This document shows, piece after piece, positions 47,039 through 56,230 of a stretch of DNA of 64,000 nucleotides. The DNA comes from Hyphomicrobiaceae bacterium. GTDB taxonomy: Bacteria > Pseudomonadota > Alphaproteobacteria > Rhizobiales > Hyphomicrobiaceae. The stretch is taken from contig JAHDXT010000007.1 of NCBI GenBank assembly GCA_023384095.1, forward strand, positions 26,676 to 90,675, in the 5' to 3' direction. The notes under the pieces were generated by a model. It searched no databases. It had not been told where the DNA came from and saw nothing but the letters and a program-made list of their open reading frames with translations. How positions within the stretch are numbered: position 1 is the first letter of the stretch; each line of letters opens with the position of its first letter. The position numbers were made by a program, and so were the translations under genes.

Positions 47039-47208
47039 GCGTCGATTTGCCGGTGTTGATGTCGGCGCGATGGATCGTTTCGGCGCAACGTCGCGTATAG
47101 TAGTTTGCGATCCGGGGGTTTGCCGCGCCGCGAAGGTCGCGTACTTTAATCCAGGAACTCGGGAACCCGCGATCGAAGGAAGGCAAGGGCGCTTCAGACC
47201 CGGAGCGT

Positions 47209-47571
47209 GTGCAGCTTATGGCTAAGATCAGAGCAATGGCGAGCAATGGTGGGCCGGACAAAGGCAAAGAGGAAGACGGTCGGACCGGACTTGTCACGAA
47301 GACGCGACCCAAGACGAAGAGGCCGCACCTCTACAAGGTGCTGATTCTAAACGACGACTATACGCCGATGGAGTTCGTCGTGCATGTGCTGGAGAAGTAC
47401 TTCAACAAGGGGCGGGAGGAGGCGACGCGCATCATGCTGCACGTCCACCACAAAGGTGTCGGCATGTGCGGTGTCTATACCTATGAAGTGGCAGAGACCA
47501 AGGTGACGCAGGTCATGGATTTCTCGCGTCAGCATGGCCATCCTCTTCAATGCACCATGGAGAAGGAGTAG
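47209..47571 (+). CDS. clpS: ATP-dependent Clp protease adaptor ClpS
   Basis: [24 protein letters not shown]...[27 protein letters not shown]. Confidence 0.9.
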   Translation: MQLMAKIRAMASNGGPDKGKEEDGRTGLVTKTRPKTKRPHLYKVLILNDDYTPMEFVVHVLEKYFNKGREEATRIMLHVHHKGVGMCGVYTYEVAETKVTQVMDFSRQHGHPLQCTMEKE

Positions 47572-47578
47572 CGTTCCC

Positions 47579-50032
47579 TTGCCCTCGTTTTCACAAAGCC
47601 TCGAAGCAGCGCTGCATCGCGCCCTGGAATACGCAAACGACCGCAAGCACGAGTACGCGACGCTCGAGCATCTCCTGCTGGCGCTGGTCGACGACCGCGA
47701 TGCTGCGGGCGTCATGCGCGCGTGCAACGTCGATGTCGACGCGCTGCGCGGGCGCATCACCGAGTATCTGGACACCGAGCTCGGGCCGCTCGAGGTGAGC
47801 GGGCCGTCGGAAGCCCAGCCGACCACCGGCTTCCAGCGGGTCATCCATCGCGCCGTGGTGCACGTTCAGTCGTCGGGCCGCGAGGAGGTCACCGGCGCCA
47901 ACGTGCTCGTCGCCATCTTCGCCGAGCGTGAGAGCCATGCCGCGTTCTTCCTGCAGGAGCAGGAGATGACGCGCTTCGACGCCGTCCAGTACATCAGCCA
48001 CGGCATCGCCAAGCGGCCGGGCATGTCCGATCCGCGCCCGGCGCGCGGCGTCGACGAGGACACGGCCGAAAGCGGCGAGGGCAAGAAGCCTGGCGCCGAT
48101 GCGCTCAACACGTACTGTGTGAACCTCAACAAGAAGGCGCGCGAAGGCCGCATCGATCCGCTCATCGGGCGCGAGACCGAGGTGCTGCGCACGATCCAGG
48201 TGCTGTGCCGGCGCCAGAAGAACAACCCGCTGTTCGTCGGCGACCCCGGCGTCGGCAAGACGGCCATCGCCGAGGGCCTGGCCCGCAAGATCATCCGCGG
48301 CGAGGTGCCCGACGTCCTCAAGAACTCGACGATCTTCGCCCTCGACATGGGCGCGCTGCTCGCCGGCACCCGCTATCGCGGCGACTTCGAGGAGCGGCTC
48401 AAGGCCGTGATGAAGGAGGTCGAGAACTATCAGGGCGCGATCCTGTTCATCGACGAGATCCATACCGTGATCGGCGCCGGCGCCACGTCCGGCGGCGCCA
48501 TGGACGCGTCGAACCTGCTCAAACCCGCTCTGCAGTCCGGCACGGTGCGCTGCATCGGCTCGACAACGTACAAGGAGTACCGGCAGCACTTCGAGAAGGA
48601 CCGGGCGCTGGTCCGTCGCTTCCAGAAGATCGACGTCAAGGAGCCGACGGTCGAGGACTCCATCGAGATCCTGAAGGGCCTCAAGCCCTACTTCGAGGAG
48701 TTCCACAAGCTCAAGTACACCAACGAGGCGGTGAAGGCGGCCGTCGAGCTGTCGGCCAAGTACATCCATGACCGCAAGCTGCCCGACAAGGCGATCGACG
48801 TGATCGACGAGACGGGCGCCTCGCAGATGCTGGTGCCCGAGGGCAAGCGCAAGAAGAAGATCACGGTGAAGGAGGTGGAGGCGACCGTCGCCACGATGGC
48901 GCGCATCCCGCCGAAGACGATCACCAAGAGCGACGCCGAGGTTCTCGGCAACCTGAACCGCGACATGAAGCGGCTGGTGTTCGGCCAGGACCGCGCCATC
49001 GATGCGCTGGCCTCGGCCATCAAGCTCGCCCGCGCCGGGCTGAGGGAGCCGGAAAAGCCCATCGGCTGCTACCTGTTCTCGGGCCCCACCGGCGTCGGCA
49101 AGACCGAGGTGGCCAAGCAGCTCGCGAACCTGATGGGGGTCGAGCTGCTGCGCTTCGACATGTCCGAGTACATGGAGAAGCACACGGTCTCCCGCCTCAT
49201 CGGCGCGCCCCCGGGCTATGTCGGCTTCGACCAGGGCGGCCTGCTCACAGACGGCGTCGACCAGCACCCGCACAGCGTCCTGCTGCTGGACGAGATCGAG
49301 AAAGCCCATCCCGACCTCTTCAATATCCTCCTGCAGGTGATGGACCACGGCAAGCTGACCGACCACAACGGCAAGCAGGTCGACTTCCGCAACATCATCC
49401 TGATCATGACGACCAACGCCGGCGCCAGCGACCTCGCCAAGGCGCCGATGGGCTTCAACCGGGCGAAACGCGAGGGCGAGGACCAGGAGGCGATCAACAA
49501 GATGTTCACGCCGGAGTTCCGCAACCGGCTCGACGCCGTGATCGCGTTCGCGGGCCTGCCGCCGGAGATCATCTTCAAGGTGGTCGAGAAGTTCATCTTC
49601 CAGCTCGAGGCGCAGCTCGCCGACCGCGGCGTCACCATCGAGATGTCCGAGGCGGCGACGAGGTGGCTGGCCGAGAAGGGCTACGACGACAAGTTCGGCG
49701 CCCGCCCGCTGGCCCGGGTCATTCAGGAGTTCATCAAGAAGCCACTGGCCGACGAGCTGCTGTTCGGCAAGCTGGAGCACGGCGGCACGGTCAAGGTGAT
49801 CGTGTCCGGAGAAGGTGTCGACCAGAAGCTCGACTTCGAGATCATCCCCGGCGAGCCCAAGCGCGCCAAGCCCAAGGGCGAGGACGAGGACGACGATGAG
49901 ATCGAGGACGAGGGCGAAAAGGCGCTGATCGAGGCTGCCGTGCCGCGCAAGGCGCTGCCGGGGCCGAAGGAGAAGCGTGAGCCGCGGAAGACGACAGGCA
50001 CCGTTCCGACCGTTCCGCGCAAACCGGATTGA
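47579..50032 (+). CDS. clpA: ATP-dependent Clp protease ATP-binding subunit ClpA
   Basis: Clp N-domain, and two AAA+ modules with Walker A GDPGVGKT and GPTGVGKT. TTG start at 47579 lies about 10 nt after GGAGAAGGAG. The ORF-track ATG at 47534 lies inside clpS. Confidence 0.93.
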   Translation: MPSFSQSLEAALHRALEYANDRKHEYATLEHLLLALVDDRDAAGVMRACNVDVDALRGRITEYLDTELGPLEVSGPSEAQPTTGFQRVIHRAVVHVQSSGREEVTGANVLVAIFAERESHAAFFLQEQEMTRFDAVQYISHGIAKRPGMSDPRPARGVDEDTAESGEGKKPGADALNTYCVNLNKKAREGRIDPLIGRETEVLRTIQVLCRRQKNNPLFVGDPGVGKTAIAEGLARKIIRGEVPDVLKNSTIFALDMGALLAGTRYRGDFEERLKAVMKEVENYQGAILFIDEIHTVIGAGATSGGAMDASNLLKPALQSGTVRCIGSTTYKEYRQHFEKDRALVRRFQKIDVKEPTVEDSIEILKGLKPYFEEFHKLKYTNEAVKAAVELSAKYIHDRKLPDKAIDVIDETGASQMLVPEGKRKKKITVKEVEATVATMARIPPKTITKSDAEVLGNLNRDMKRLVFGQDRAIDALASAIKLARAGLREPEKPIGCYLFSGPTGVGKTEVAKQLANLMGVELLRFDMSEYMEKHTVSRLIGAPPGYVGFDQGGLLTDGVDQHPHSVLLLDEIEKAHPDLFNILLQVMDHGKLTDHNGKQVDFRNIILIMTTNAGASDLAKAPMGFNRAKREGEDQEAINKMFTPEFRNRLDAVIAFAGLPPEIIFKVVEKFIFQLEAQLADRGVTIEMSEAATRWLAEKGYDDKFGARPLARVIQEFIKKPLADELLFGKLEHGGTVKVIVSGEGVDQKLDFEIIPGEPKRAKPKGEDEDDDEIEDEGEKALIEAAVPRKALPGPKEKREPRKTTGTVPTVPRKPD

Positions 50033-50038
50033 TTGGGA

Positions 50039-50107
50039 AGCGAATAGCGAATAGGGCCTGCCTCCGTCCGGAATCCCCTGTTCGCCATTCGCAATTCGCT
50101 ATTCGCT
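50039..50107. terminator. Long hairpin built from tandem GCGAATA heptamers, between convergent clpA and the SDR gene
   Basis: AGCGAATAGCGAA (50039-50051) pairs perfectly with TTCGCTATTCGCT (50095-50107). Extra TTCGCCA/TTCGCAA units lie in the right arm. No U-tract. Confidence 0.5.
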
Positions 50108-50115
50108 GAATTGGA

Positions 50116-50760
50116 TTACCCGACGAGCACGGGGGCTCGGCCGGCGAATGCCCGCTCCGTGGCCTCTTCGACGAGGAAGCTGGCGGCGTCGGCGCGGCTG
50201 ATCTTGCCGGCCCGCCATTCCGCGGGGTCGAGCAGCGCGCGCCAGTGGCCGGTCTCGGGGCTGTTGGTCAGGATCCCCGGCCTGACGATCGTCCAGTCGA
50301 GTCCGCTCCGCCTGACCATCTGCTCCTGCACGTCCTTGTCGTCGTAGACTCGTTTCAGCACGAGCGGGAATATCACCCAGTCGTAGAGCAGACCGCCGTG
50401 CCCGCGGCTGTCGCCGGCGCCGAGCCCGGTGACCACGACGAGGCGGCGAACGCCCTTTTCCTTCATCGCATCGACGAGCGCCCGGGTGGCGGTCGAGAAC
50501 AGGCGGGTCCCGGAGAGGAGGGTGCCCGGGCCGGGCGCCACCCCGAGGGTCACGATCACCGCATCGACACCCTCCAGCGCGTTCACGAGCGCGGTCCTGT
50601 CGGTCGCGTCGCCGGTGACCTTGTCGAGCTTCTCGTCCACGATCGGGATGGAGGATGCGGAGCGCGCCAGCGCCCGCACCCGATGCCCGGCCGCCAGCGC
50701 CTTGCGCACCGTCTCGAGCCCGAGCCCACGGCTTGCGCCGACGATCAGGATGCGCGTCAT
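50116..50760 (-). CDS. NAD(P)-binding (NmrA/atypical SDR-like) protein
   Basis: N-terminal Rossmann motif ILIVGASRGLG. 214 aa. Confidence 0.75.
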   Translation of the reverse strand: MTRILIVGASRGLGLETVRKALAAGHRVRALARSASSIPIVDEKLDKVTGDATDRTALVNALEGVDAVIVTLGVAPGPGTLLSGTRLFSTATRALVDAMKEKGVRRLVVVTGLGAGDSRGHGGLLYDWVIFPLVLKRVYDDKDVQEQMVRRSGLDWTIVRPGILTNSPETGHWRALLDPAEWRAGKISRADAASFLVEEATERAFAGRAPVLVG

Positions 50761-50826
50761 CGGCCGCCTCCTTGCGAGCGCGCCTCCACCCCGGGCCGAG
50801 CATCGATACCCGAGGCCGATACGCTG

Positions 50827-51249
50827 TCAAGCGGCCAGAGCCTGCCGGATCCTCTCCGCGTTGGCGGCGAGCACGTCGGGCTTCTCCATCTGGCCGGTGT
50901 GTGGGCCGAGCCTCACGCCCTCCCAGCGAGGGATGACATGGAAGTGGAGATGGAAGACGATCTGGCCGCCGGCCGGCTCGTTGAACTGCTGGACCGTGAC
51001 GCCGGCGGCATCGAACGCCTTCATCACGGCGCGCGAGATGCGCTGCACGGTCGCCATGCAGACGGCGAGCTGCTCGGGCGTGGCGTCGAGGACGTTGCGC
51101 GCGGGCGTCTTCGGGATCACCAGCGCGTGACCCTGGGCGCGGGGCATGATGTCCATGAAGGCCATCGTCCCGGCGTCCTCATAGATCTTGTGTGCCGGCA
51201 GCTCGCCTCTCAGGATCTTCGCGAACACATTGCTGCTGTCGTAGGTCAT
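50827..51249 (-). CDS. HIT-family hydrolase
   Basis: Histidine triad HLHFHVIP and CIF-like N-terminus NVFAKILRGELPA. ATG 51249 lies in frame inside the longer ORF 50827..51645. Confidence 0.88.
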   Translation of the reverse strand: MTYDSSNVFAKILRGELPAHKIYEDAGTMAFMDIMPRAQGHALVIPKTPARNVLDATPEQLAVCMATVQRISRAVMKAFDAAGVTVQQFNEPAGGQIVFHLHFHVIPRWEGVRLGPHTGQMEKPDVLAANAERIRQALAA

Positions 51250-51303
51250 GAAGATGTCCTCTTGCTGCTGGGCCGCACGTAAGAGCGGCAAAAACGAACT
51301 GTT

Positions 51304-51331
51304 CCCTCTCCCCATCCCGATGGGGAGAGGG
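51304..51331 (-). terminator. Perfect 13-bp hairpin after the acetyltransferase-like gene
   Basis: CCCTCTCCCCATC/GATGGGGAGAGGG, 7 nt downstream of the stop at 51338. A TTTTT run follows 9 nt later on the minus strand. Confidence 0.55.
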
Positions 51332-51337
51332 AGTACG

Positions 51338-52525
51338 TCAAAACGCTTCCTCGCTCTCGGCTTTCCGGAACGGGCCATAGGCGGCCAGTAGCTCGCTGTG
51401 CTCCGCCACCTGCCGGCGCTCGTCCTCGAGGTAGCGCGCCACCGCGCGGCGGAAGTTGCGGTCGGCGATCCAGTGCAGGGAATAGGTCGGCGCCGGCATG
51501 TAGCCGCGCGCCAGCTTGTGCTCGCCCTGGGCCCCGGCCTCGACGCGCCGAAGCCCTCGCCCGATCGCGATCTCGATGGCCTGGTAGTAGCAGATCTCGA
51601 AATGCAGGCACGGGTGGTGCTCGACGGCGCCCCAGTAGCGGCCATAGAGGCAATCGCCGCCGATCATGTTCAGCGCGCCGGCGACGTACCGTCCGTCGCG
51701 CCGTGCCATGACGAGCAGGCAGCGATCCGCCATGGCCGCGCCCAGCAGCGAGAAGAACCGGCGGTTGAGGTAGGGACGGCCCCACTTGCGCGAGCCCGTC
51801 TCCAGGTAGAAGCCGAAAAACGCGTCCCAGTGCGCTTCACGGATGTCGCGGCCAGTCACGTGCTCGATCCCGATGCCGCCGGCGAGCGCCTGCGCCCGCT
51901 CCTTGCGCACGGCCTTGCGCTTGCGCGAGGCGAGGCTGGAGAGGAAATCCTCGAAAGTGTGATAGCCGCCGTTGCGCCATTGGAACTGCTGGTCCGTGCG
52001 CTGCAGGAAGCCCATCCCCGCGAGGCGCTGCCATTCACCTTCGGTCGGGAACGTGACGTGCAGCGAGGAAACGCCGAGCCGCTCGGCCAGACTGATGGCG
52101 GCGGCCGCCAGAGTGCGCTCGCACTCCTCGCGCTGCGGGCCGGGCCGCGCCAGCAGCCGCGGCCCTGGGACGGGGGTGAATGGCACCGCGCACTGCAGCT
52201 TCGGATAATATCTGCCGCCGGCGCGCTCATAGGCCTCCGCCCAGCCATAATCGAAGACATACTCGCCGCGGCTGTGGCTCTTCAGGTAGCAGGGCATGGC
52301 GCCGGCGATGTCGCCGCCAGGCCCGTCGATCACGAGGTGGTGCGGCAGCCAGCCGGCGCGCGGGCCGAGGGTGCCGGCTTTCTCCAGCGCATCCAGGAAG
52401 GCATGGCTGACGAAGGGATTGAAGACCGAGGCGTCGGGATTGGCGCAAGCGTCCCATTGAGCCGCATCGATGTCCGCCATCGATGCGGCAACGCGGACGG
52501 CCGCCGGCTGCTTCGCCTCCATCAT
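51338..52525 (-). CDS. FemAB-like / GNAT-fold acyltransferase family protein (DUF482-type)
   Basis: 395 aa. NPFVSHAFLDALE...YLKSHSRGEYVFDYGWA...YPKLQCAVPFTP pattern as I recall for this conserved family. Confidence 0.65.
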   Translation of the reverse strand: MMEAKQPAAVRVAASMADIDAAQWDACANPDASVFNPFVSHAFLDALEKAGTLGPRAGWLPHHLVIDGPGGDIAGAMPCYLKSHSRGEYVFDYGWAEAYERAGGRYYPKLQCAVPFTPVPGPRLLARPGPQREECERTLAAAAISLAERLGVSSLHVTFPTEGEWQRLAGMGFLQRTDQQFQWRNGGYHTFEDFLSSLASRKRKAVRKERAQALAGGIGIEHVTGRDIREAHWDAFFGFYLETGSRKWGRPYLNRRFFSLLGAAMADRCLLVMARRDGRYVAGALNMIGGDCLYGRYWGAVEHHPCLHFEICYYQAIEIAIGRGLRRVEAGAQGEHKLARGYMPAPTYSLHWIADRNFRRAVARYLEDERRQVAEHSELLAAYGPFRKAESEEAF

Positions 52526-52609
52526 CGCTCCCCGAGCGCCCTGTCGTGCAGCATATCAGGCAGCCTCCGCCTTCCCGCTGGCAAGCTGGTGAGCCCCGCG
52601 CTTCTCCAT

Positions 52610-52930
52610 TCAGCCGTGCTCGAGCAGGCGCAGGCCCAGCACGCCGGCGATGATGAGCCCCAGGCAGGCCAGCCGCGCCGCATCACGCGGCTCGTCGAAG
52701 AGCAGGATTCCGAGCGCTGCCGTCCCGACCGCGCCGATGCCGACCCACACGGCGTAGGCCGTGCCGATCGGCAGCGTCCTCGCTGCCAGCGCCAGCAGGT
52801 ACATGCTGGCGACCATCGCCAGGATGGTGAGCACGGATGGCCATAATCGGGTGAACCCATGCGTGTACTTCAGGCCGACCGCCCAGCAGATCTCGAGCGC
52901 GGCGGCAACAAGGAGCAGAACCCAGGCCAT
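52610..52930 (-). CDS. sugE: SMR-family small multidrug/guanidinium exporter (SugE/Gdx-like)
   Basis: 106 aa, 4 [24 protein letters not shown] with the conserved membrane Glu. ATG 52930 is preceded by GGGAGG. Confidence 0.88.
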   Translation of the reverse strand: MAWVLLLVAAALEICWAVGLKYTHGFTRLWPSVLTILAMVASMYLLALAARTLPIGTAYAVWVGIGAVGTAALGILLFDEPRDAARLACLGLIIAGVLGLRLLEHG

Positions 52931-52947
52931 GGAGCCCTCCCGATCGA

Positions 52948-52995
52948 GGCGAGGTCGTCCCCGCCGCGGCCCCTCGGCTGCGAGGTCGTCCCCGC
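52948..52995 (-). promoter_or_regulatory. Guanidine-II (mini-ykkC) riboswitch
   Basis: The RNA reads GCGGGG-ACGA-CCUCGC, a 14-nt linker, then GGCGGGG-ACGA-CCUCGCC. These are two near-identical GC hairpins with ACGR tetraloops, 17 nt upstream of the sugE ATG and directly before its SD. Confidence 0.75.
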
Positions 52996-53069
52996 GGGCA
53001 TGCAAAGGATCTCATTTAAGGCGGCGCCTCCCACGGTCAAGGAACGCGGAGCCGGCCCTCCCGGTCCGT

Positions 53070-53846
53070 TCACGCGAGAACCGGATCGCAGCCCTCGAAG
53101 ATCGGGGCATCGGCCCAGGCAGCGGCGCGCTTAAGCTGCTCGCTGTTGCGCACGGTCCATGCGAACAGGGGGAGCCGCATGACCTCCCGGGCGAAGCGGG
53201 TGACGGGGGTGGGCAGACAATCGACATCGTAGGAGATGAAGCTCGGCTCCGCAGGCCCCGCTTCGAGGCAATGGCTGAGCCGGAACGCCCGCTCGGGTCC
53301 GATCCTGTCCGGCCACCAGTGCGGGCCATCGTAGATGCCGGCGACGATGCCGCGCGGCACGTCCGGCGCCAGCGCGCGCATGGCGGTCATCACCGCGGGA
53401 TCGAACGACTTCAGCGCGATGGGACCCCGGTACTGCATGGACAGCTCCGCCACGGCCGACAGGAAGCGCGGGTCCGGCGCATCCCAGTCGCTCTTGATCT
53501 CGACGAGAAGCGGGGCTTTGCCTGCCGTCAGCTCGAGCAACGCGCTGTAGGACAGAATGGGGGTGTCCTGCTCGCGGTAGCGGAGCGCGGAGAGCTCGGC
53601 GGGGCTGCGGGATGCGATCGGCCCCGCGGCATCGACGAGCCGGCCGAGGATGGCGTCGTGGAAGACGAACGGGGTGCCGTCGCCGGCCGGCCGCAGGTCG
53701 CATTCGATGCCGAAACCGGCGGCGATGGCGGCCTCGAACGCCGGGGCTGTATTCTCGAGCCGGCCGACGGCCGCGTCGTGCAGGCCGCGATGGGCGATCG
53801 GGCGCAGGAACGATTCCCGGAGGAGCATGAGTCCGTGTTCGAGCAT
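53070..53846 (-). CDS. Glycerophosphodiester phosphodiesterase family protein
   Basis: IAHRGLHD...ENTAPAFEAAI...GIECDLR...FHD motifs of the GDPD fold. Confidence 0.8.
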   Translation of the reverse strand: MLEHGLMLLRESFLRPIAHRGLHDAAVGRLENTAPAFEAAIAAGFGIECDLRPAGDGTPFVFHDAILGRLVDAAGPIASRSPAELSALRYREQDTPILSYSALLELTAGKAPLLVEIKSDWDAPDPRFLSAVAELSMQYRGPIALKSFDPAVMTAMRALAPDVPRGIVAGIYDGPHWWPDRIGPERAFRLSHCLEAGPAEPSFISYDVDCLPTPVTRFAREVMRLPLFAWTVRNSEQLKRAAAWADAPIFEGCDPVLA

Positions 53847-53985
53847 TTGCCGGGCCGAGGACGTTTACTGTTGCGGGAAACCACGATCTGGTTGACGTGA
53901 GGCAGTCGGCTTTGCAATCCGCAATCGCCGCTCTAGGCTTCCGCCCCAGCGAGACGTGCGGCGCGAGCTCGCGGGAGAAACCTTG

Positions 53986-54843
53986 ATGATCATCGGCTCG
54001 AGATCGCTGGCGGCATGGCTCTTGGCGCTCATCACGGCGGGGTACATGCCGGCGGCGGCCGCGGAAAGCTCCGGGCTCGTACCTCATCGCGCCGTGTACG
54101 ATATCACCTTGGTCGAGGCGCGGCCAGGATCGGGCATCTCGGAGCTGACCGGGCGGATGGTCTACGAGCTGACCGGATCGGAGTGCGCCGGCTACACCCA
54201 GAACATGCGTTTCGTGACCCGCAGCACCAACCAGGAAGGCGAGGCCAGCATCAGTGATCTGCGCTCATCGAGCTCGGAGGATGTGCCGGGAGACAGGTTC
54301 CGCTTCAGCAACTCCCAGTATCGCAACGACCGGCATGTCGAGCAGACGGTCGGCGAGGCGGTGCGCAGGAGGAATGCCGGAGAGATCAGGGTCGAGCTCA
54401 CGAAGCCCAAGAAGCGGGTGATCAAGCTGTCGGACGACGCGATGTTCCCGATCCAGCACTCGGGCAGGCTGCTCGCGGCGGCGCGAGACGGACTGACGGT
54501 GTTCTCGACCGACCTGTTCGACGCCTCCGAGAAGGGAGAGAAGGTCTACGCGACCAGCGCCTTCATCGGCGCGCGTCATGAACCCGGCTACAACAAGTCC
54601 CTGCCGGCCGTGCCGGGCGCCGAGCCGCTCGACGCGCTGGCGGCCTGGCCCATTGCTCTCAGCTATTACGAGAAGGGCAAGGACCTGGAGGACGCCGTGC
54701 CGTCCTACGAGCTTGCGTTCGTCCTCTTCGACAACGGCGTCTCGCGCCGCATCCTCATCGACTACGGCAACTTCTCGATCCGCGGCGAGCTCAAGGAGAT
54801 CACGTTCCTGGAGCCGGATAAGTGCACTCCCGTCAGGAAGTAG
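53986..54843 (+). CDS. eipB: Periplasmic DUF1849 / EipB-family envelope-integrity protein
   Basis: Signal peptide MIIGSRSLAAWLLALITAGYMPAAAA. AVYDITL...GRMVYELTGSECAGYT...ISRGELKEITFLE resembles the Brucella EipB family as I recall it. Confidence 0.65.
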   Translation: MIIGSRSLAAWLLALITAGYMPAAAAESSGLVPHRAVYDITLVEARPGSGISELTGRMVYELTGSECAGYTQNMRFVTRSTNQEGEASISDLRSSSSEDVPGDRFRFSNSQYRNDRHVEQTVGEAVRRRNAGEIRVELTKPKKRVIKLSDDAMFPIQHSGRLLAAARDGLTVFSTDLFDASEKGEKVYATSAFIGARHEPGYNKSLPAVPGAEPLDALAAWPIALSYYEKGKDLEDAVPSYELAFVLFDNGVSRRILIDYGNFSIRGELKEITFLEPDKCTPVRK

Positions 54844-55792
54844 AACCTACCGGCGCGGGTCCGCTCTCAACTGGTGCGGCCGATAGCCGGGCGGCGCCGC
54901 GCGCGCCGCTGGCGTCTCCCCAAACCGGCGGGCGGATGTCGAAGCCGGGGCTGTCGGAGAAGACATGCGGCGCCATCAGCTCCGGCAGCACGAGATAGAG
55001 GTGCTGCATTTGCGACAAGCCGCCGCCGAGCACGATCACCTCGGGATCGAGCATGTTGACCACGTGCGCCAGGCTGCGCGCGAGCCGCGAGGCGTGGCGC
55101 GCGAGCGTCTCCCGGGCTGCGCTCTCGCCCGCCGCGGCGCGCGACCCGATCTCGGGCGACGCGAGCCGCTCTCCGGCTGCCCGCGCGTAGTCCGACTCCA
55201 GTGCCGGGCCGCAAACCCATGCCTCGATGCAGCCCGGCCGGCCGCACCAGCATCGCGGCCCGGGGCACTCGTCCGGCGTCGCCCAGGGCAGGGGGTTGTG
55301 GCCCCACTCGCCGGCAATTCCGCGCGGGCCATCCACGAGCCGGCCGCCGATCACCAGGCCGCCGCCGCACCCGGTGCCGAGAATGACGCCGAACACAGAC
55401 CGCGCGCCGGCAGCGGCCCCGTCCGTCGCCTCCGACAGCGCGAAGCAGTTGGCGTCGTTGGCGAGCCGCACAGGCCGCTGCAGGCGGTTTGCGAGATCGC
55501 GGTCGAACGGGCGGCCGTTGAGCCAGGTCGAGTTTGCGTTCTGCACCAGACCGGTGGCCGGAGAGATGGACCCGGGCATGCCGACGCCGACCGTGCCGCG
55601 CGCCCCCGCCCCGGCTTCGAGCCGCGCCACGATCTGCTGGATGGCATCGAGCGTGGCGCCGTAGTCCTCGCGCGGGGTCGGCATGCGGACCTCGGGAAGC
55701 GTCCGCCCGCCGGGAAGCAGCGCGAGGCCCGCGATCTTGGTGCCGCCGAGATCGATGCCGATCCGGATGCCCTCGTCCCCGTCGACCCTCAT
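54833..55792 (-). CDS. ROK-family sugar kinase (NagK/Mak-like)
   Basis: IGIDLGGTKI, LANDANCFALSE, GTGCGGG, zinc motif GHNPL...CWCGRPGCIE. ATG 55792 overlaps the upstream gene stop (ATGA). Confidence 0.85.
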   Translation of the reverse strand: MRVDGDEGIRIGIDLGGTKIAGLALLPGGRTLPEVRMPTPREDYGATLDAIQQIVARLEAGAGARGTVGVGMPGSISPATGLVQNANSTWLNGRPFDRDLANRLQRPVRLANDANCFALSEATDGAAAGARSVFGVILGTGCGGGLVIGGRLVDGPRGIAGEWGHNPLPWATPDECPGPRCWCGRPGCIEAWVCGPALESDYARAAGERLASPEIGSRAAAGESAARETLARHASRLARSLAHVVNMLDPEVIVLGGGLSQMQHLYLVLPELMAPHVFSDSPGFDIRPPVWGDASGARGAARLSAAPVESGPAPVGSTS

Positions 55793-56088
55793 TTCCCTCC
55801 TGCCTCCCCGGCGAGCACCTGCAGGGCGGGTCCGATTCGTTCCGGCGGCAGGGCGGCCTCGGCTGCGAAGACGAGGAGCAGCGATTCGTCGCCGGCCAGA
55901 TGCTCGAGCACGGCCAGCAGAGTTCCTGGATCGCCCGTGCGCGCGCGCAGCTCGGCACCCGACATCCCGGTCAATGCGAGGAAGCGGTCGAGGCGGGCTT
56001 CGTCCTCCGCCAGGAAAGCCAAGGCCCTGAGGCCGATGATCTCCGCCTCCTCGAGAGACACGGTCATTCGCGTGCGCTGGTGCGGCAT
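55789..56088 (-). CDS. DUF3572-like protein
   Basis: The small acidic protein EEAEIIGLRALAFLAEDEARLDRFLALTGMS lies divergent from divK, a placement I recall as conserved in Rhizobiales. Start at 56088 or 56067. Confidence 0.55.
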   Translation of the reverse strand: MPHQRTRMTVSLEEAEIIGLRALAFLAEDEARLDRFLALTGMSGAELRARTGDPGTLLAVLEHLAGDESLLLVFAAEAALPPERIGPALQVLAGEAGGK

Positions 56089-56230
56089 GGCCCTGCAATT
56101 GGATGGAATAACTGCCCTGTGACTGTACACCTTAAACTGTTGGTTACGGCTTATGGAGCACACTGAGCCTGCTGCAGGTCAGTCGAATCGGTGCAAAAGT
56201 GGGCTGGGAGAGGGCAGGCTGGCCAAGGCC

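Noticed and set aside
46446-47312. A 288-aa minus-strand ORF spanning the phasin gene and the clpS leader.
   Set aside because: It is antisense to a well-supported phasin gene and crosses an intrinsic terminator. Its composition is not protein-like.
50827-51645. Over-long ORF-track models whose 5' parts are not real. They are the HIT gene 50827-51645, ROK 54833-56098, NUDIX 58884-60089, sugE 52610-53005, VWA 42989-43999, catalase 32656-34239 and leuA 28501-30180.
   Set aside because: The upstream extensions are Arg/Pro/Gly-rich and overlap neighbouring genes or regulatory RNA. In each case an internal ATG aligns with the conserved N-terminus of the family.
56132-56147. CtrA-box-like TTAA-N7-GTTAC upstream of divK.
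   Set aside because: The second half-site matches only 3 of 5 positions of TTAAC. I cannot distinguish this from chance without a scored matrix or ChIP data.
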